64,000 nucleotides of DNA from Synechococcales cyanobacterium VAR_4_metabat_354 (GCA_031414775.1 JANOQI010000026.1:39271-103270); one strand, 5' to 3'; shown: positions 29,956 through 41,080, numbered from the stretch's first letter. A program made the numbers and translations. The notes: generated by a model from the sequence alone, not told the origin.

Positions 29956-31449
29956 ATGTCGATCGCCCTGCCGACTACTGCTCTATTAGATTTGCCCAAC
30001 GTAGCCAGTACGATCGAGGGCTTACCCAATTTGGCAGGCTGTGAATCCACCGTGCGATCGGTCACTCCGAACAACCAATCCCATTGGCTACCGCGCACTA
30101 ATGTCCGGTTCGATCAAATTTCAGCGGGATTCGCGATTGCCCTGCACATGCACCAACCCACTATTCCGGCTGGCTTTCAGGAAGCGTTAATCAGCAATTT
30201 ACAACAGATGTTTGAGCATCCTCATGATGGAGATAACCATAATGCTGGTACTTTCTTGTGGTGCTATACCCGGATGGCTGAATTTATTCCCGAACTGGTC
30301 AATCAAGGTTGTCAGCCTAAGGTCATGCTGGACTATTCGGGGAATTTATTGTGGGGTCTCGAACAAATTGGCCAAGGTGCTCTCGATCGACTGAAAACTA
30401 TCACCACCGAACCGACCTATCAGCCCCATGTGGAATGGCTGGGTACCACTTGGAGTCATGCCGTGATTCCGTCCACGCCGATTCCCGATATCAAGCTGCA
30501 CATCCAAGCTTGGCAACAACATTTTGCCACGATCTTTGGCTGGTCGGCTCTGGCACGGGTTAAAGGCTTCTCACCGCCAGAAATGCATTTACCCAACCAT
30601 CCTGACACTCTCTACGAATTTGTGAAAGCCTTATTGGACTGTGGCTATCAGTGGATGATGGTGCAGGAGCATTCGATCGAAACCATCACTGGTCAGCCGA
30701 TTGCCAATAAGCATATCCCGCAACGCTTAGTGGCTCGTAATTCTGCCGGAGAAACAGTCAGTATTACGATTCTGGTCAAAACCCAAGGCTCGGATACCAA
30801 GCTGGTTGGTCAGATGCAGCCTTACTACGAGGCTAAAACTCTGACCCGGCAGACAATCAACGGGATTTCGATACCGCCCCTCGTGACCCAGATCGGCGAT
30901 GGTGAAAATGGTGGGGTGATGATGAATGAGTTTCCTAGTGCTTTTGAGCGTACTTGGCAAGAGGCCGCTCAAAATAGTAGTGTGGCGGGAATGACTGGTA
31001 GCGAGTATTTAGAGTTAATGGCAGATGCGGGTTGCCAACCAACTGACTACCCAGTTTGTCAGGCGATCGGACAACATTTAATCTGGCAAAAAGTCGATCC
31101 CGACAGTTCTACCCCAGCCGCTGTCCGGCAAGCGATCCAAGACCTTCAACAAGAACATCCCAACTTCCATATGGATGGGGCTTCTTGGACTAATGATTTG
31201 AGCTGGGTGAAAGGTTATGAGAATGTGCTGACACCAATGAGTCGTCTCAGTACTCTGTTTCACCAAAAAGTTACCCCACTGGTGGCACAACATCCCGAAT
31301 TAACTAAAGAAGCTCGCTATCGTCAAGCTCTGCTCTATAATTTGCTGCTGCAAACCAGTTGTTTTCGTTATTGGGGACAGGGAGCTTGGACTGATTACGC
31401 CCAGACCATTTATGAACAGGGCACCGCTATCATCAACCAAGAATTTTAG
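29956..31449 (+). CDS. Glycosyl hydrolase family 57-like protein
   Basis: ALHMHQP, GFSPPEM, QIGDGENGG and TSCFRYWGQG motifs. Confidence 0.82.
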   Translation: MSIALPTTALLDLPNVASTIEGLPNLAGCESTVRSVTPNNQSHWLPRTNVRFDQISAGFAIALHMHQPTIPAGFQEALISNLQQMFEHPHDGDNHNAGTFLWCYTRMAEFIPELVNQGCQPKVMLDYSGNLLWGLEQIGQGALDRLKTITTEPTYQPHVEWLGTTWSHAVIPSTPIPDIKLHIQAWQQHFATIFGWSALARVKGFSPPEMHLPNHPDTLYEFVKALLDCGYQWMMVQEHSIETITGQPIANKHIPQRLVARNSAGETVSITILVKTQGSDTKLVGQMQPYYEAKTLTRQTINGISIPPLVTQIGDGENGGVMMNEFPSAFERTWQEAAQNSSVAGMTGSEYLELMADAGCQPTDYPVCQAIGQHLIWQKVDPDSSTPAAVRQAIQDLQQEHPNFHMDGASWTNDLSWVKGYENVLTPMSRLSTLFHQKVTPLVAQHPELTKEARYRQALLYNLLLQTSCFRYWGQGAWTDYAQTIYEQGTAIINQEF

Positions 31450-31670
31450 TCAGAATGTATGCTAATTATTTTTAACTAAAAAGTAATACAAATTTTTGAT
31501 TGCTGTGTTGCTAACGACCATATTGCTCTACCTTTAACTTGGCTAAGTGAATCGGAAAATACTTCATCCGTAATTTAGGTCATGTGACTTGAAGTCATAT
31601 TGATGCCGTAATTCATCGATTACACTAGGCCAAGCAAGGTATCAAATACAACTAACTCAGAAATATCAAC

Positions 31671-32819
31671 ATGATGACCACTACCGGTGTTATCGATCGC
31701 TATCGCATTCAAACCAATCAACTCGATATGCCGCCCCGCCTATTGTTGGGACCAGGCCCGGCTAACGTTCATCCCCGCGTACTAGGAGCGATCAGTATGG
31801 CTCCAGTGGGACATTTAGATCCCACTTTTTTGGCGATCATGGACGAGACCAGAGATCTATTGCGTTATGCTTGGCAAACCGAAAATGAATTAACTATTGC
31901 GGTTAGCGGCACCGGTAGTGCGGCCATGGAAGCGACCTTGGCTAACAGTATTGAGCCAGGGGAGGTGGTGTTAGTGGGAGTCAACGGTTACTTTGGCCAT
32001 CGCTTGGTAGATATGGCTGGCCGTTATGGTGCCGATGTTCGCCAGATGACCAAGCCCTGGGGACAGGTATTTAGCCTCGAAGAAATCAAAGCTAATTTAG
32101 AAACCCATCGCCCTCAAATTTTAGCTCTGGTTCATGCCGAGACTTCCACTGGAGCGCGGCAACCACTCGAAGGCGTGGCGGAGTTATGTCGTCAGTACGA
32201 TTGTTTACTGTTGGTGGATACGGTTACGAGCCTAGGGGGTGTGCCTTTACATATCGATCAGTGGGGCATTGATTTGGCCTATAGTTGCAGTCAAAAAGGT
32301 TTAAGTGCGCCGCCAGGAATTGCGCCGTTCACCATGAGTAGTCGAGCGGTCGAGAAGCTGAAGAACCGCAAGAATCCGGTGCCTAACTGGTATTTGGATA
32401 TGTCATTATTGACTAGTTATTGGGGTGAAGGCCGAGTCTATCATCACACTGCACCCATTAATATGAATTATGCGCTGCGGGAATCTTTGCGGTTAGTGGC
32501 CGAGGAAGGATTAGTAGAGCGTTGGCAACGACATCAACAAAATGCTGAATTGTTATGGGCGGGTTTAGCCGAATTAAAGTTAGCTTGTCATGTAGAGCCA
32601 GAGTTTCGCTTGCCAACTTTAACTACAGTTAAGATTCCTGATGGAGTTGATGGTAAGGCGATTGCTCATAAGTTACTTCATGAATATAATATTGAGGTGG
32701 CTGGTGGTTTAGGCGAACTCGGTGGCAGAGTTTGGCGTGTGGGTTTGATGGGGTACAACAGTCGTCCAGAAAATGTTTTGTTTTTCTTAAATGCTCTTCA
32801 AAAGGTGTTAAGCCTCTAG
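31671..32819 (+). CDS. Alanine/serine-glyoxylate aminotransferase (class V PLP)
   Basis: LLGPGP, VHAETSTG, VDTVTSLGG, SCSQKGL, YHHTAP and WRVGLMG motifs. Confidence 0.92.
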   Translation: MMTTTGVIDRYRIQTNQLDMPPRLLLGPGPANVHPRVLGAISMAPVGHLDPTFLAIMDETRDLLRYAWQTENELTIAVSGTGSAAMEATLANSIEPGEVVLVGVNGYFGHRLVDMAGRYGADVRQMTKPWGQVFSLEEIKANLETHRPQILALVHAETSTGARQPLEGVAELCRQYDCLLLVDTVTSLGGVPLHIDQWGIDLAYSCSQKGLSAPPGIAPFTMSSRAVEKLKNRKNPVPNWYLDMSLLTSYWGEGRVYHHTAPINMNYALRESLRLVAEEGLVERWQRHQQNAELLWAGLAELKLACHVEPEFRLPTLTTVKIPDGVDGKAIAHKLLHEYNIEVAGGLGELGGRVWRVGLMGYNSRPENVLFFLNALQKVLSL

Positions 32820-32929
32820 AAATATATGGAGAGTGGGAAAGGCTCACCCTCCAAAATTTGTCTATTGAGTGAAATTAGGAATTGCAAACAATACTTGATT
32901 CATATCTAAGTTCAGCAACACCTAGCTGT

Positions 32930-34774
32930 TTACTGATAGCCAGCAGCTTGCAAAGCAAAAAGATGTGCGTAGCGGCCCTGATCTGCCAATAATTGCTCAT
33001 GTGTGCCCTGCTCAATAATTTCTCCCGCCGCCATCACCATAATCTGATCAGCCATTCTTACCGTCGAAAAGCGATGGGAAATCAATACCACTATTTGATC
33101 CTGAGTCAAAGATCTAAAGTGATTAAAGATCTGCATTTCCGCTTCGGCATCCATCGCGGCTGTCGGCTCATCTAAAACCAGAATATCCGCACCCGATCGC
33201 ATAAAAGCCCGAGAAAGAGCAATTTTTTGCCATTGGCCGCCAGATAGCTCCTGCCCGTTTTTAAACCATTTACCCAACTGCGTATTAAAGCCCTGGGGTA
33301 ATCGATCGATAAAAGATTTTGCCATCCCTTTGGCAGCGGCCTCTTCCCACTGGCTCTGATCATTGAGATGATCGGTGTCCCCGACCCCCACATTTTCACC
33401 TACCGTGAATTGGTACTGGACAAAGTTCTGAAAAATCACCCCCATCCGTCGTCTTAAAACATTGATATCCCAATCGTTTAAATCTATTCCATCCAGTAAA
33501 ATTCGACCACTACTAGGAATATAAAGTCTAGTCAATAACTTAATCAAAGTAGTTTTGCCAGAGCCGTTTTCCCCGACGATCGCCAACTTTTCACCCGGTT
33601 GGAGATGGAAAGAAATATTTTTTAGAATGGGCTGCGGACTACCTGGATAACTAAAGGAAACTTGCTCAAACCGAATACCATCTGGTTTACTGCCCTGCGT
33701 GATTTTACCTTGGGATTGCGGGATGGGCTGCTCCAAAAATTCGTAGAGATTGGCCAGATAGAGATTATCTTCATACATACCGCCGATCGAAGTCAGGGTG
33801 GAGGCAAAAGTAGATTGTCCTTGACGAAAAACTACCAGATACATGGTCATTTCGCCCAAGGTAATCTGGCCAGCGATCGCGGTTACTACAATCCAGGCAT
33901 AGGCGGCATAAAAAGTCCCGGTACTAAGCAAACCTAGTAAATAACTCCACACCCCTTTTTGAATGGTAAGATTGCGGTCTTCCTGATAAAGCTTGGCGAA
34001 AATATCCCGGTAACGCTTTAAGAGTATGGCTCCAAGCTGATACAGCTGGACTTCTTTAGCGTAGTCTTCTCTGGCCAGCAATGTTTCTAAATAGTGTTGT
34101 TGCCGAGTCTCCGGCGAGCGCCACCGAAATAAGCGAAAGGCATGTCCGGCAAACCGAGTTTCAGCAATAAAAGAAGGAATCGCGGCTACCACCAGAATCA
34201 ATACCGCCCAGGCCGAAAGGTGCAGGAGCAAACCACTAAAGGTTATTAAAGTCAACGCCGATTGACCCAACCCCAAAGTACGATTGATGAGAGCTAGGGG
34301 GCGGCTAGATGCTTCCGAGCGAGCTTGGGTGATTTTGTCATAAAACTCAGAGTCTTCAAAATGCGCCAGATCAAGAGTCAGGGCTTTTTCTAAGATCAAG
34401 ACATTCACCCGTTGACCCAACAATACCCGCAGTAATGATTGGCAAACAATTAAGCCGCGCTGACAAGCGGCTGACACCATAATTACTAGGGCTTCCATAC
34501 CAACATAACGCAGCGCCAGCTGTCGATCGATCTCTAACCCACTACGGGCAGCTACCACCACACTATCGACAATTAATTTGCCCACGTAGGCTACCACGGC
34601 TGGTAATAAACCACTACCGATCGTCAGAATCACTAGGATGACCGTCAATATGCGACTGGTCGTCCACAGTAATGTCAGCGCCTTGCCACTATAGCGAAAT
34701 ACTGATCGGAACTGGCCAACTGTCTGGCCGAGTAATTTCCAGCCTCGTCCCTTACTTGCTTGCTTACTAGCCAT
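32930..34774 (-). CDS. ABC exporter, fused permease/ATPase
   Basis: N-terminal TMD; GENGSGKTT, LSGGQWQ, LDEPTA and SHRFSTVR motifs. Confidence 0.92.
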   Translation of the reverse strand: MASKQASKGRGWKLLGQTVGQFRSVFRYSGKALTLLWTTSRILTVILVILTIGSGLLPAVVAYVGKLIVDSVVVAARSGLEIDRQLALRYVGMEALVIMVSAACQRGLIVCQSLLRVLLGQRVNVLILEKALTLDLAHFEDSEFYDKITQARSEASSRPLALINRTLGLGQSALTLITFSGLLLHLSAWAVLILVVAAIPSFIAETRFAGHAFRLFRWRSPETRQQHYLETLLAREDYAKEVQLYQLGAILLKRYRDIFAKLYQEDRNLTIQKGVWSYLLGLLSTGTFYAAYAWIVVTAIAGQITLGEMTMYLVVFRQGQSTFASTLTSIGGMYEDNLYLANLYEFLEQPIPQSQGKITQGSKPDGIRFEQVSFSYPGSPQPILKNISFHLQPGEKLAIVGENGSGKTTLIKLLTRLYIPSSGRILLDGIDLNDWDINVLRRRMGVIFQNFVQYQFTVGENVGVGDTDHLNDQSQWEEAAAKGMAKSFIDRLPQGFNTQLGKWFKNGQELSGGQWQKIALSRAFMRSGADILVLDEPTAAMDAEAEMQIFNHFRSLTQDQIVVLISHRFSTVRMADQIMVMAAGEIIEQGTHEQLLADQGRYAHLFALQAAGYQ

Positions 34775-34786
34775 TGTTAGCGCTGC

Positions 34787-35485
34787 TTAATGCGGAGCAT
34801 TTTTGGTAAATAGTCCGGGCGTATTGGATACCTTCCGCAAATAGATACAGTGTCTAATGCCTTGCGTGAGTGGGGTCTGAAATGCATTGACATCAATAAT
34901 TTCTCCGCCCCAGCGCTTGGCTGCCTGTCCCAAATCTACTTTTTCTTGTGTTGTCCACTGACCACGATAAAGAATGGCCGTGCCCCCTAGTGCCAGAAAT
35001 GGTAACGCATAACCAGCACAAATCACCGCATTAGCTACGGCGCGCACCGTCACTAGCTGATATTGTTGGCGGTGTGCACGATCTTGGTTGAGAGTTTCGG
35101 CGCGACCAACTAGTGTCTGGACATTGTTTAGTTGCAGTGCTGTCAGACTAGACTGAATAAAATTGATTTTTTTGGCAGTGGAGTCTACTACTGTCACCGC
35201 CCAGTCTGGCCGAATAATTGCGATCGGAATCCCTGGAAAACCACCACCGGTGCCCAAATCGATCACCGCTCCTGACAAATCAGCGGTCACGATCGGCTGT
35301 AAAGAATCCCATAAATGTTTTTCCCAGAAGGCTTCTGGCTCCAGAATCCTGGTTAAATTGAGACTGTGGTTAGCAACATTGATTAAATCGTAAAATTGCT
35401 GAAACTGGTGTATTTGTGAGGCTGTGGGTTGCCAGTTGGTAGTTTGTTGCCACTGGTCGAGCATGAGCGGAAGTTGCATAGACAT
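34787..35485 (-). CDS. rsmG: 16S rRNA m7G527 methyltransferase
   Basis: NLTRI, KHLWDSL, IDLGTGGGFPGIP, GRAE and RAVA motifs. Confidence 0.93.
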   Translation of the reverse strand: MSMQLPLMLDQWQQTTNWQPTASQIHQFQQFYDLINVANHSLNLTRILEPEAFWEKHLWDSLQPIVTADLSGAVIDLGTGGGFPGIPIAIIRPDWAVTVVDSTAKKINFIQSSLTALQLNNVQTLVGRAETLNQDRAHRQQYQLVTVRAVANAVICAGYALPFLALGGTAILYRGQWTTQEKVDLGQAAKRWGGEIIDVNAFQTPLTQGIRHCIYLRKVSNTPGLFTKNAPH

Positions 35486-35488
35486 TAG

Positions 35489-36121
35489 TTATAGCGCCTG
35501 CTGTTTTAGTACACCATGATCGATCGACCAACATCGGTCGGCAATACCCACCAGGTCACTGGCATCATGAGTGACGACCAGCAATGTCCATTTGGCTTTG
35601 AGCTGCGCCAGTAGGTTCACCACCTGTTGACGCATCGACCAATCTAGGCCAGCGGTCGGCTCGTCTAACAGCAAAATCGCGGGCTGCCTAATTAATTGCA
35701 CGGCTAGCGCCAAGCGACGCTGTTGGCCGCCACTTAAGTCGTGGGGCGAGGTGGTGAGGGATAGGTCTCCCAAACCGACAGCTGCCAAAGCTTGGGTAAT
35801 ATTTTCACTGCCTAGTTCCGGATGACCGAGGCGCAGTTCTTCTAAAACAGTGTTCGCGCAAAAATGTCGCTCTGGAAACTGAAAAACCAAGCCAGCCATC
35901 TGTTGTAAGCTTTCTGTGGTCAAATTCTGATTGCGCCAGGCGATCGATCCAGCAGTTTGCTTTGCCAACCCGGAAAGTATCTCTAGCAAAGTACTTTTTC
36001 CTGATCCACTGGGGCCAATCACTAAGCCTAACTGTTGGGGTGCTAACTCCAAGTCCACTGCTTTGAGAATTGGTTGAGGGGTAGCGGGTGGATGATAGGT
36101 CAGGTTATTGAGGAGCAACAT
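35489..36121 (-). CDS. ABC transporter ATP-binding protein (ECF/CbiO-like)
   Basis: GPSGSGKST, LVFQFPERHF, LSGGQQRR and DEPTAGLD motifs; ATG at 36121. Confidence 0.88.
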   Translation of the reverse strand: MLLLNNLTYHPPATPQPILKAVDLELAPQQLGLVIGPSGSGKSTLLEILSGLAKQTAGSIAWRNQNLTTESLQQMAGLVFQFPERHFCANTVLEELRLGHPELGSENITQALAAVGLGDLSLTTSPHDLSGGQQRRLALAVQLIRQPAILLLDEPTAGLDWSMRQQVVNLLAQLKAKWTLLVVTHDASDLVGIADRCWSIDHGVLKQQAL

Positions 36122-36176
36122 TAATGGCGGGGTTGATATCTTCATTTAAGATACACTACCAAGCCCTCATCTACAC

Positions 36177-37295
36177 TCAATCCCATAGTCGCCGCCCTTC
36201 ACTGGTACGCAATCGCTGGTCAGTATCAAACAGCAGCTCTGGAATTTTTAATTGCTGGGGACAGCGGGGTAAGCAATCACCACATTCATTGCAGCGATTG
36301 CCCTTATTGCCAGGGAACCAATGGCCAGCGTTTTCGAGCATTCGATATCGATACTGGCCATAGGCGGTCATTTCATAGGCCACATCCAAATTCCGCAGCC
36401 GCAAAATTTCGGGAATATTAATGTCGGCGGGGCAAGGCAAACAGGCATAACACTGACTACACAGATCGCTGCCTAATTGCCTAGCTAATTCCTGCTCTAA
36501 GCGATCGATCACCGCTATTTCTACTGCCGTCAGAGTTTCAGACTGGTCGGATACGGCTAACGGTTGCGTCAATTCTGCCGGATGAGCTGCCCCTAAGCTA
36601 AGCGTTGTCACCCGTGCGTCACTGAGTAACCAGCGATAGGTTAGTGCCAACGGGCTAAACGGTTGACATAATTCTTGGAGTTGAGCTGAGGGTGTAAATA
36701 GCTGACCGCCTTTATCAGCTGGGGAAATAATAAAAACCCCCATGTCTTGGGTCTGAGCCAGGGCGATCGCTGGTGCTAGCCGCTGGAAAAAGTAGTAATA
36801 GTGGAGATTAACAAAGGAAAATAGCCCAGTATTGATCGCGGCTGAGACTAAATCCAGTGTGCCGTGGGTGGAAAAACCAATATGTCTAATCCAACCACGA
36901 TCGATCGCCGCTTGCAGTACCGGCACACAATGATCGATCGACCAAGTTAAATGCTCTGTGGTGTTAATGCCATGAATCGCCACACAGTCGATATAGTCGG
37001 TCTGTAAACGTTGGCGAGATGTTTCCAAGGTTTGCCACACCTGTTGCGGATCGCTAGTGGGCAAAATTTTGGTAGTGATGTGTAAATCGGCACGAGATAA
37101 ACCGCGCTGGAGGGCTAGCCCTAAATATTCTTCACTCTGACCATAGCTCGGTGCCGTTTCCAGATGATTAATGCCCAGAGCTACAGCCTCTGCCACTGTT
37201 TGATAAAAGACTTCAGCTGAACTTAAGCAGCGCATTGTCCCCAAAGAAAAACGGGACAATAACAGTTCAGTACTGCCAAAGCGGCGGTAATGCAA
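36177..37295 (-). CDS. Aldo/keto reductase with C-terminal 4Fe-4S dicluster domain
   Basis: YRRFG..FSLGTMR, IGFSTHG, CSQCYACLPCP and CNECGDCLPRCP motifs; likely TTG start at 37295. Confidence 0.88.
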   Translation of the reverse strand: MHYRRFGSTELLLSRFSLGTMRCLSSAEVFYQTVAEAVALGINHLETAPSYGQSEEYLGLALQRGLSRADLHITTKILPTSDPQQVWQTLETSRQRLQTDYIDCVAIHGINTTEHLTWSIDHCVPVLQAAIDRGWIRHIGFSTHGTLDLVSAAINTGLFSFVNLHYYYFFQRLAPAIALAQTQDMGVFIISPADKGGQLFTPSAQLQELCQPFSPLALTYRWLLSDARVTTLSLGAAHPAELTQPLAVSDQSETLTAVEIAVIDRLEQELARQLGSDLCSQCYACLPCPADINIPEILRLRNLDVAYEMTAYGQYRYRMLENAGHWFPGNKGNRCNECGDCLPRCPQQLKIPELLFDTDQRLRTSEGRRLWD

Positions 37296-37296
37296 A

Positions 37297-37797
37297 CTAG
37301 CTCTCCAAGCGGTAACCACCCCGCTTAATTAGATCGGAGGGACGAAGATCGGAAACAAAACTCCGGAAAGCCTTTCTTTCCTCTTCATCAGCATCTCTGT
37401 CTACTGGAATTGAAGCATCGGCAATCACTTCTTCCATCACCCAAATTGACGCTTTCGAACGCACGGCCAAGGCGATTGCATCACTAGGACGGGCATCAAT
37501 TTCTTTGCTCACCCCATTTTGTTCAATTACAATGACAGCGTAAAAAGTATTGTCTTGGAGAGAGTTAATCAGCACTCGATCGATGTGTACATTGCAACTC
37601 TCCAACATGTTAATGATCAGGTCATGGGTGAATGGCCGGGGTGGAGTTTGCTTTTCAACTGCATTAATAATCGCCTTAGCCTGGTCTTGACCGATATAAA
37701 TTGGCAAAGCCCGTCGCTCTGAAGCATCCTTTAATAAGATAATAGGGCTTCGCGATACTGCATCTAGTGCGATCCCAGCTACCTTCATTTCGATCAT
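37297..37797 (-). CDS. Bifunctional nuclease family (DUF151)
   Basis: LPIYIG, RPFTHDL and IDARPSDAIALAVR motifs. Confidence 0.9.
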   Translation of the reverse strand: MIEMKVAGIALDAVSRSPIILLKDASERRALPIYIGQDQAKAIINAVEKQTPPRPFTHDLIINMLESCNVHIDRVLINSLQDNTFYAVIVIEQNGVSKEIDARPSDAIALAVRSKASIWVMEEVIADASIPVDRDADEEERKAFRSFVSDLRPSDLIKRGGYRLES

Positions 37798-37975
37798 GGA
37801 CTTTACCTCTATGGCTAGAATAATAGTGAATTTTTTAGGAATTTAAGGCGGATCTCGTGTTTCACATTCCAGCAATAGGGCGGACTGAGGAGCATGAGGC
37901 AGAGCGATGTACTAATCATGACTTAGGAAGTGTACAATCGACCTTAGCCGTTTGACTGAAAATAACTGAAAGTAA

Positions 37976-38653
37976 ATGTTTACAGGATTGATTCAATCAC
38001 TAGGAGAAATCCGAGCTTTGGCTGATGACCGAGTAGAGATTGTGATTGATGCTAGTCAGGCCAGCGTCATCTTAGCAGATTTGGCAATCGGTGACAGCGT
38101 AGCGGTAAATGGAATATGCTTAACTGCTGAAAGCATTACTAGCAATGGTTTTATAGCTGCTGTCTCGCCAGAAACTTGGCGACGCAGCACACTGGGCTTG
38201 AGCAGCCAGTCTAGCCACCACGTTAATTTAGAAACTTCACTACGGGCGGGGGGCAAAATTGGTGGCCACTTTGTAACTGGCCATGTGGATGGCTGGGGTC
38301 AGCTAGCTACGGTGCAGCAGTCAGCGGCGGCTTGGGAACTGAAGTTTACCTTGCCACCACCCCAATCTTGGCAACAACCGATCAGTAAGTATATTGTAGC
38401 AAAAGGTAGTGTGGCTGTGAATGGGATTAGCTTGACTGTCGCTAACTGTGCGGCGGACTGGTTTACTGTAGCGGTGATCCCACATACTTATAGTGCTACC
38501 AATTTAGCTGACCTCATTGTGGGTGATTTGGTCAACTTGGAAGGGGATATTTTGGGCAAGTATGTCGAACAGCTCTTACGTTATTCTCCTGCTCAGCAGA
38601 CTGTTCAGCCAGATATTACCTTGGACTTTTTAAACACCCATGGTTATAATTAG
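37976..38653 (+). CDS. ribE: Riboflavin synthase alpha chain
   Basis: MFTGLI, GDSVAVNGICLT, GGHFVTGHVDG and KGSVAVNGISLTV motifs. Confidence 0.95.
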   Translation: MFTGLIQSLGEIRALADDRVEIVIDASQASVILADLAIGDSVAVNGICLTAESITSNGFIAAVSPETWRRSTLGLSSQSSHHVNLETSLRAGGKIGGHFVTGHVDGWGQLATVQQSAAAWELKFTLPPPQSWQQPISKYIVAKGSVAVNGISLTVANCAADWFTVAVIPHTYSATNLADLIVGDLVNLEGDILGKYVEQLLRYSPAQQTVQPDITLDFLNTHGYN

Positions 38654-38805
38654 CTATAGTTATAAATGCCTAATAATATTTAACCTTGACCAAAAATAAT
38701 TAATCAAATAATTCATCCCCGATTCAGGATAGCGATTAAGGTTTCTTGGTTATGCATCAACGAAAACGGCTAGACTAAGTAAGCTGTTTTTGACGACCCG
38801 AATTG

Positions 38806-40065
38806 ATGAGTGCAGAAATTATTTGCGTGGGTACCGAACTATTGCTGGGTGACATCCTCAATAGTAATGCTAGGTATTTAGCCCAACAGTTAGCCGACTT
38901 GGGAGTTGCCCACTATCATCAGTCGGTAGTGGGAGATAATCCTGGTCGCATTCAGCAGGTGATCCAAGTGGCGATCAACAGGCAGGCCAAGGTACTAATT
39001 TTTACCGGTGGTTTAGGTCCAACCCCCGATGATCTGACGACAGCGACGATTGCGGAATTTTTTCAGACTTCCTTAGTCGAGCATCCGGCGATTGTGGCCG
39101 ATATTGAGCAAAAATACGCCCAACGGGGACGGGTGATGACTGCCAACAATCGCCGGCAAGCACTCCAGCCCCAAGGAGCCGAGATTTTGCCGAACCCTTT
39201 GGGTACGGCACCTGGGATGATGTGGCAGCCCCAACCCGGCTTGATTATTCTGACTTTCCCTGGTGTACCCCGTGAAATGTACCGGATGTGGCAAGATTCT
39301 GCCGTGCCCTATCTAAAAGCCAATGGCTATGGACAGGAGCAAATTTTTAGTACTAGTTTACGGTTTTGGGGAGTTTCGGAATCAGCTTTGGCTGAAAAGG
39401 TTGATCGGTTTATTCAGATGAGTAATCCGACAGTGGCACCCTATGCGGGCAAAGGTGAAGTGCGCTTGCGAGTAGCCACCAAAGCCGCCACTGCCAGTGC
39501 CGCAGCTCAAATTATTGACCCCATCGCTGCCGCCATTATTGAGTTGGCTGGGGAACATTACTACGGTACCGATACCGATAGTTTAGCCAGTGTGGTTGGC
39601 CAATTGTTACTGACCCAGCAGCAAACAGTCGCCGTAGCTGAATCTTGTACTGGTGGTATGTTAGGCTCCCTGCTGACGGATATTCCGGGTAGCTCGGCTT
39701 ACTTCAAGGGTGGGGTGATTGCCTATGACAATAACGTGAAAGTCAAAGTGTTGGGGATTGAGGCGGAGTTAATTGCCACTCAGGGAGCGGTGAGTTCTAA
39801 GGTTGCTGAGCAAATGGCGATCGGCATCAAAGCCAAAATTGCTACCGATTGGGGCATTGGAATTACTGGGGTGGCGGGGCCAGGGGGTGGTAGTGCAGAT
39901 AAACCGGTGGGCTTGGTTTATATTGGCTTAGCCCGACCAGATGGTGGGGTGGAGTCGATGAAGTATCGGTTGAGTAGTCATTTTGACCGAGAGTTAATTC
40001 GCCAGATGTCGGCACAGCAGGGTTTGGATATGCTGCGGCGCAGGCTTTTGAAAATCTCCGAGTGA
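38806..40065 (+). CDS. cinA: Competence/damage-inducible protein CinA (NMN deamidase fusion)
   Basis: AEIICVGTELLLG, GGLGPTPDDLT, AESCTGG, GAVS and ITGVAGPGGG motifs. Confidence 0.94.
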   Translation: MSAEIICVGTELLLGDILNSNARYLAQQLADLGVAHYHQSVVGDNPGRIQQVIQVAINRQAKVLIFTGGLGPTPDDLTTATIAEFFQTSLVEHPAIVADIEQKYAQRGRVMTANNRRQALQPQGAEILPNPLGTAPGMMWQPQPGLIILTFPGVPREMYRMWQDSAVPYLKANGYGQEQIFSTSLRFWGVSESALAEKVDRFIQMSNPTVAPYAGKGEVRLRVATKAATASAAAQIIDPIAAAIIELAGEHYYGTDTDSLASVVGQLLLTQQQTVAVAESCTGGMLGSLLTDIPGSSAYFKGGVIAYDNNVKVKVLGIEAELIATQGAVSSKVAEQMAIGIKAKIATDWGIGITGVAGPGGGSADKPVGLVYIGLARPDGGVESMKYRLSSHFDRELIRQMSAQQGLDMLRRRLLKISE

Positions 40066-40070
40066 GAATT

Positions 40071-40922
40071 TTAAGTTGGGCGATCGTTAGCTACCGACTC
40101 ATACAAAGCTGCATAATCGCTGTCTGCTAACCCCAAAGCGATCGATCGCCGCAAAATTTCTTGAACCCCTTGAACGCCAGCTAGATTCAAACCCTGGGCG
40201 GAGGCGGCGAATAGATCTAGATCTTTGGCCAGATGTTTGGTGGGAAAGTTGGGGTGATCGTACTGTCGATCGATCATCCGCGTCAATTTTTTGTCGAAGG
40301 TCGGGGCGTAGAGAGCACTCGATCGCAGAATATCCATAAAAGCCTCGGTGGCAACGCCCTGTTGTTGCAGATAGGCCAAGCTTTGAGCGAAGCCCGTCGT
40401 TAAAGCAGCAATCATTTGATTTAACGCTAGCTTGAGAGCGGCGGCACTGCCTACTTCGCCAATTAATAGCGGGTTGGGGCCCAAATTTTGCAAGAGAGGC
40501 CGCATTCGATCGAACAAAATCGGTGTAGATCCTACCATAATCAACAATTGGCCAGCGCTAGCTTCTGGAATACTGCCGAGCACTGGGGCTTCTAAATATT
40601 CACCACCCGCTTGTTGGACTTGCTGAGCGAACCGCTGGCTTGCGGCTGGGGCGATGGTGCCCATTTGAATGATTATTTTCCCGCTTAATAAGCTGGTCTG
40701 GGGACTTAAGACCGTCTCGATCGCTGCGGCATCAGTCAGCATCAAAAAAATATAGTCGCCATGATCGATCGCTGCTGCTGGATTCTGAGCTAAATGAGCA
40801 CCCGTCAGCGCCGCTAACTTACTTGCGGTGCGATTGTAAGCCACGAGCTGAGAGCCAGCATTCACCAGTCGTTGTGCCATCGGCAAACCCATCAACCCAG
40901 TACCAATAAAACCGATTTTCAT
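40071..40922 (-). CDS. 3-hydroxyisobutyrate dehydrogenase family NAD(P) oxidoreductase
   Basis: MKIGFIGTGLMG, YNRT, EAPVLGS and KLALN motifs; ATG at 40922. Confidence 0.9.
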   Translation of the reverse strand: MKIGFIGTGLMGLPMAQRLVNAGSQLVAYNRTASKLAALTGAHLAQNPAAAIDHGDYIFLMLTDAAAIETVLSPQTSLLSGKIIIQMGTIAPAASQRFAQQVQQAGGEYLEAPVLGSIPEASAGQLLIMVGSTPILFDRMRPLLQNLGPNPLLIGEVGSAAALKLALNQMIAALTTGFAQSLAYLQQQGVATEAFMDILRSSALYAPTFDKKLTRMIDRQYDHPNFPTKHLAKDLDLFAASAQGLNLAGVQGVQEILRRSIALGLADSDYAALYESVANDRPT

Positions 40923-41080
40923 AATGATTTTTTCGATGTTCCCTTTGCGTCTTGTGATGGGAATCATAGCAATGAATGGTAAGTAGCATCTCTGGCGCTG
41001 CCCGAATGTCACATTCAATCATAGCTGCTGGCCCTTGATCAAGGATTAAGCAGTTTGACTAGCTAGCCACTAAAATATTA

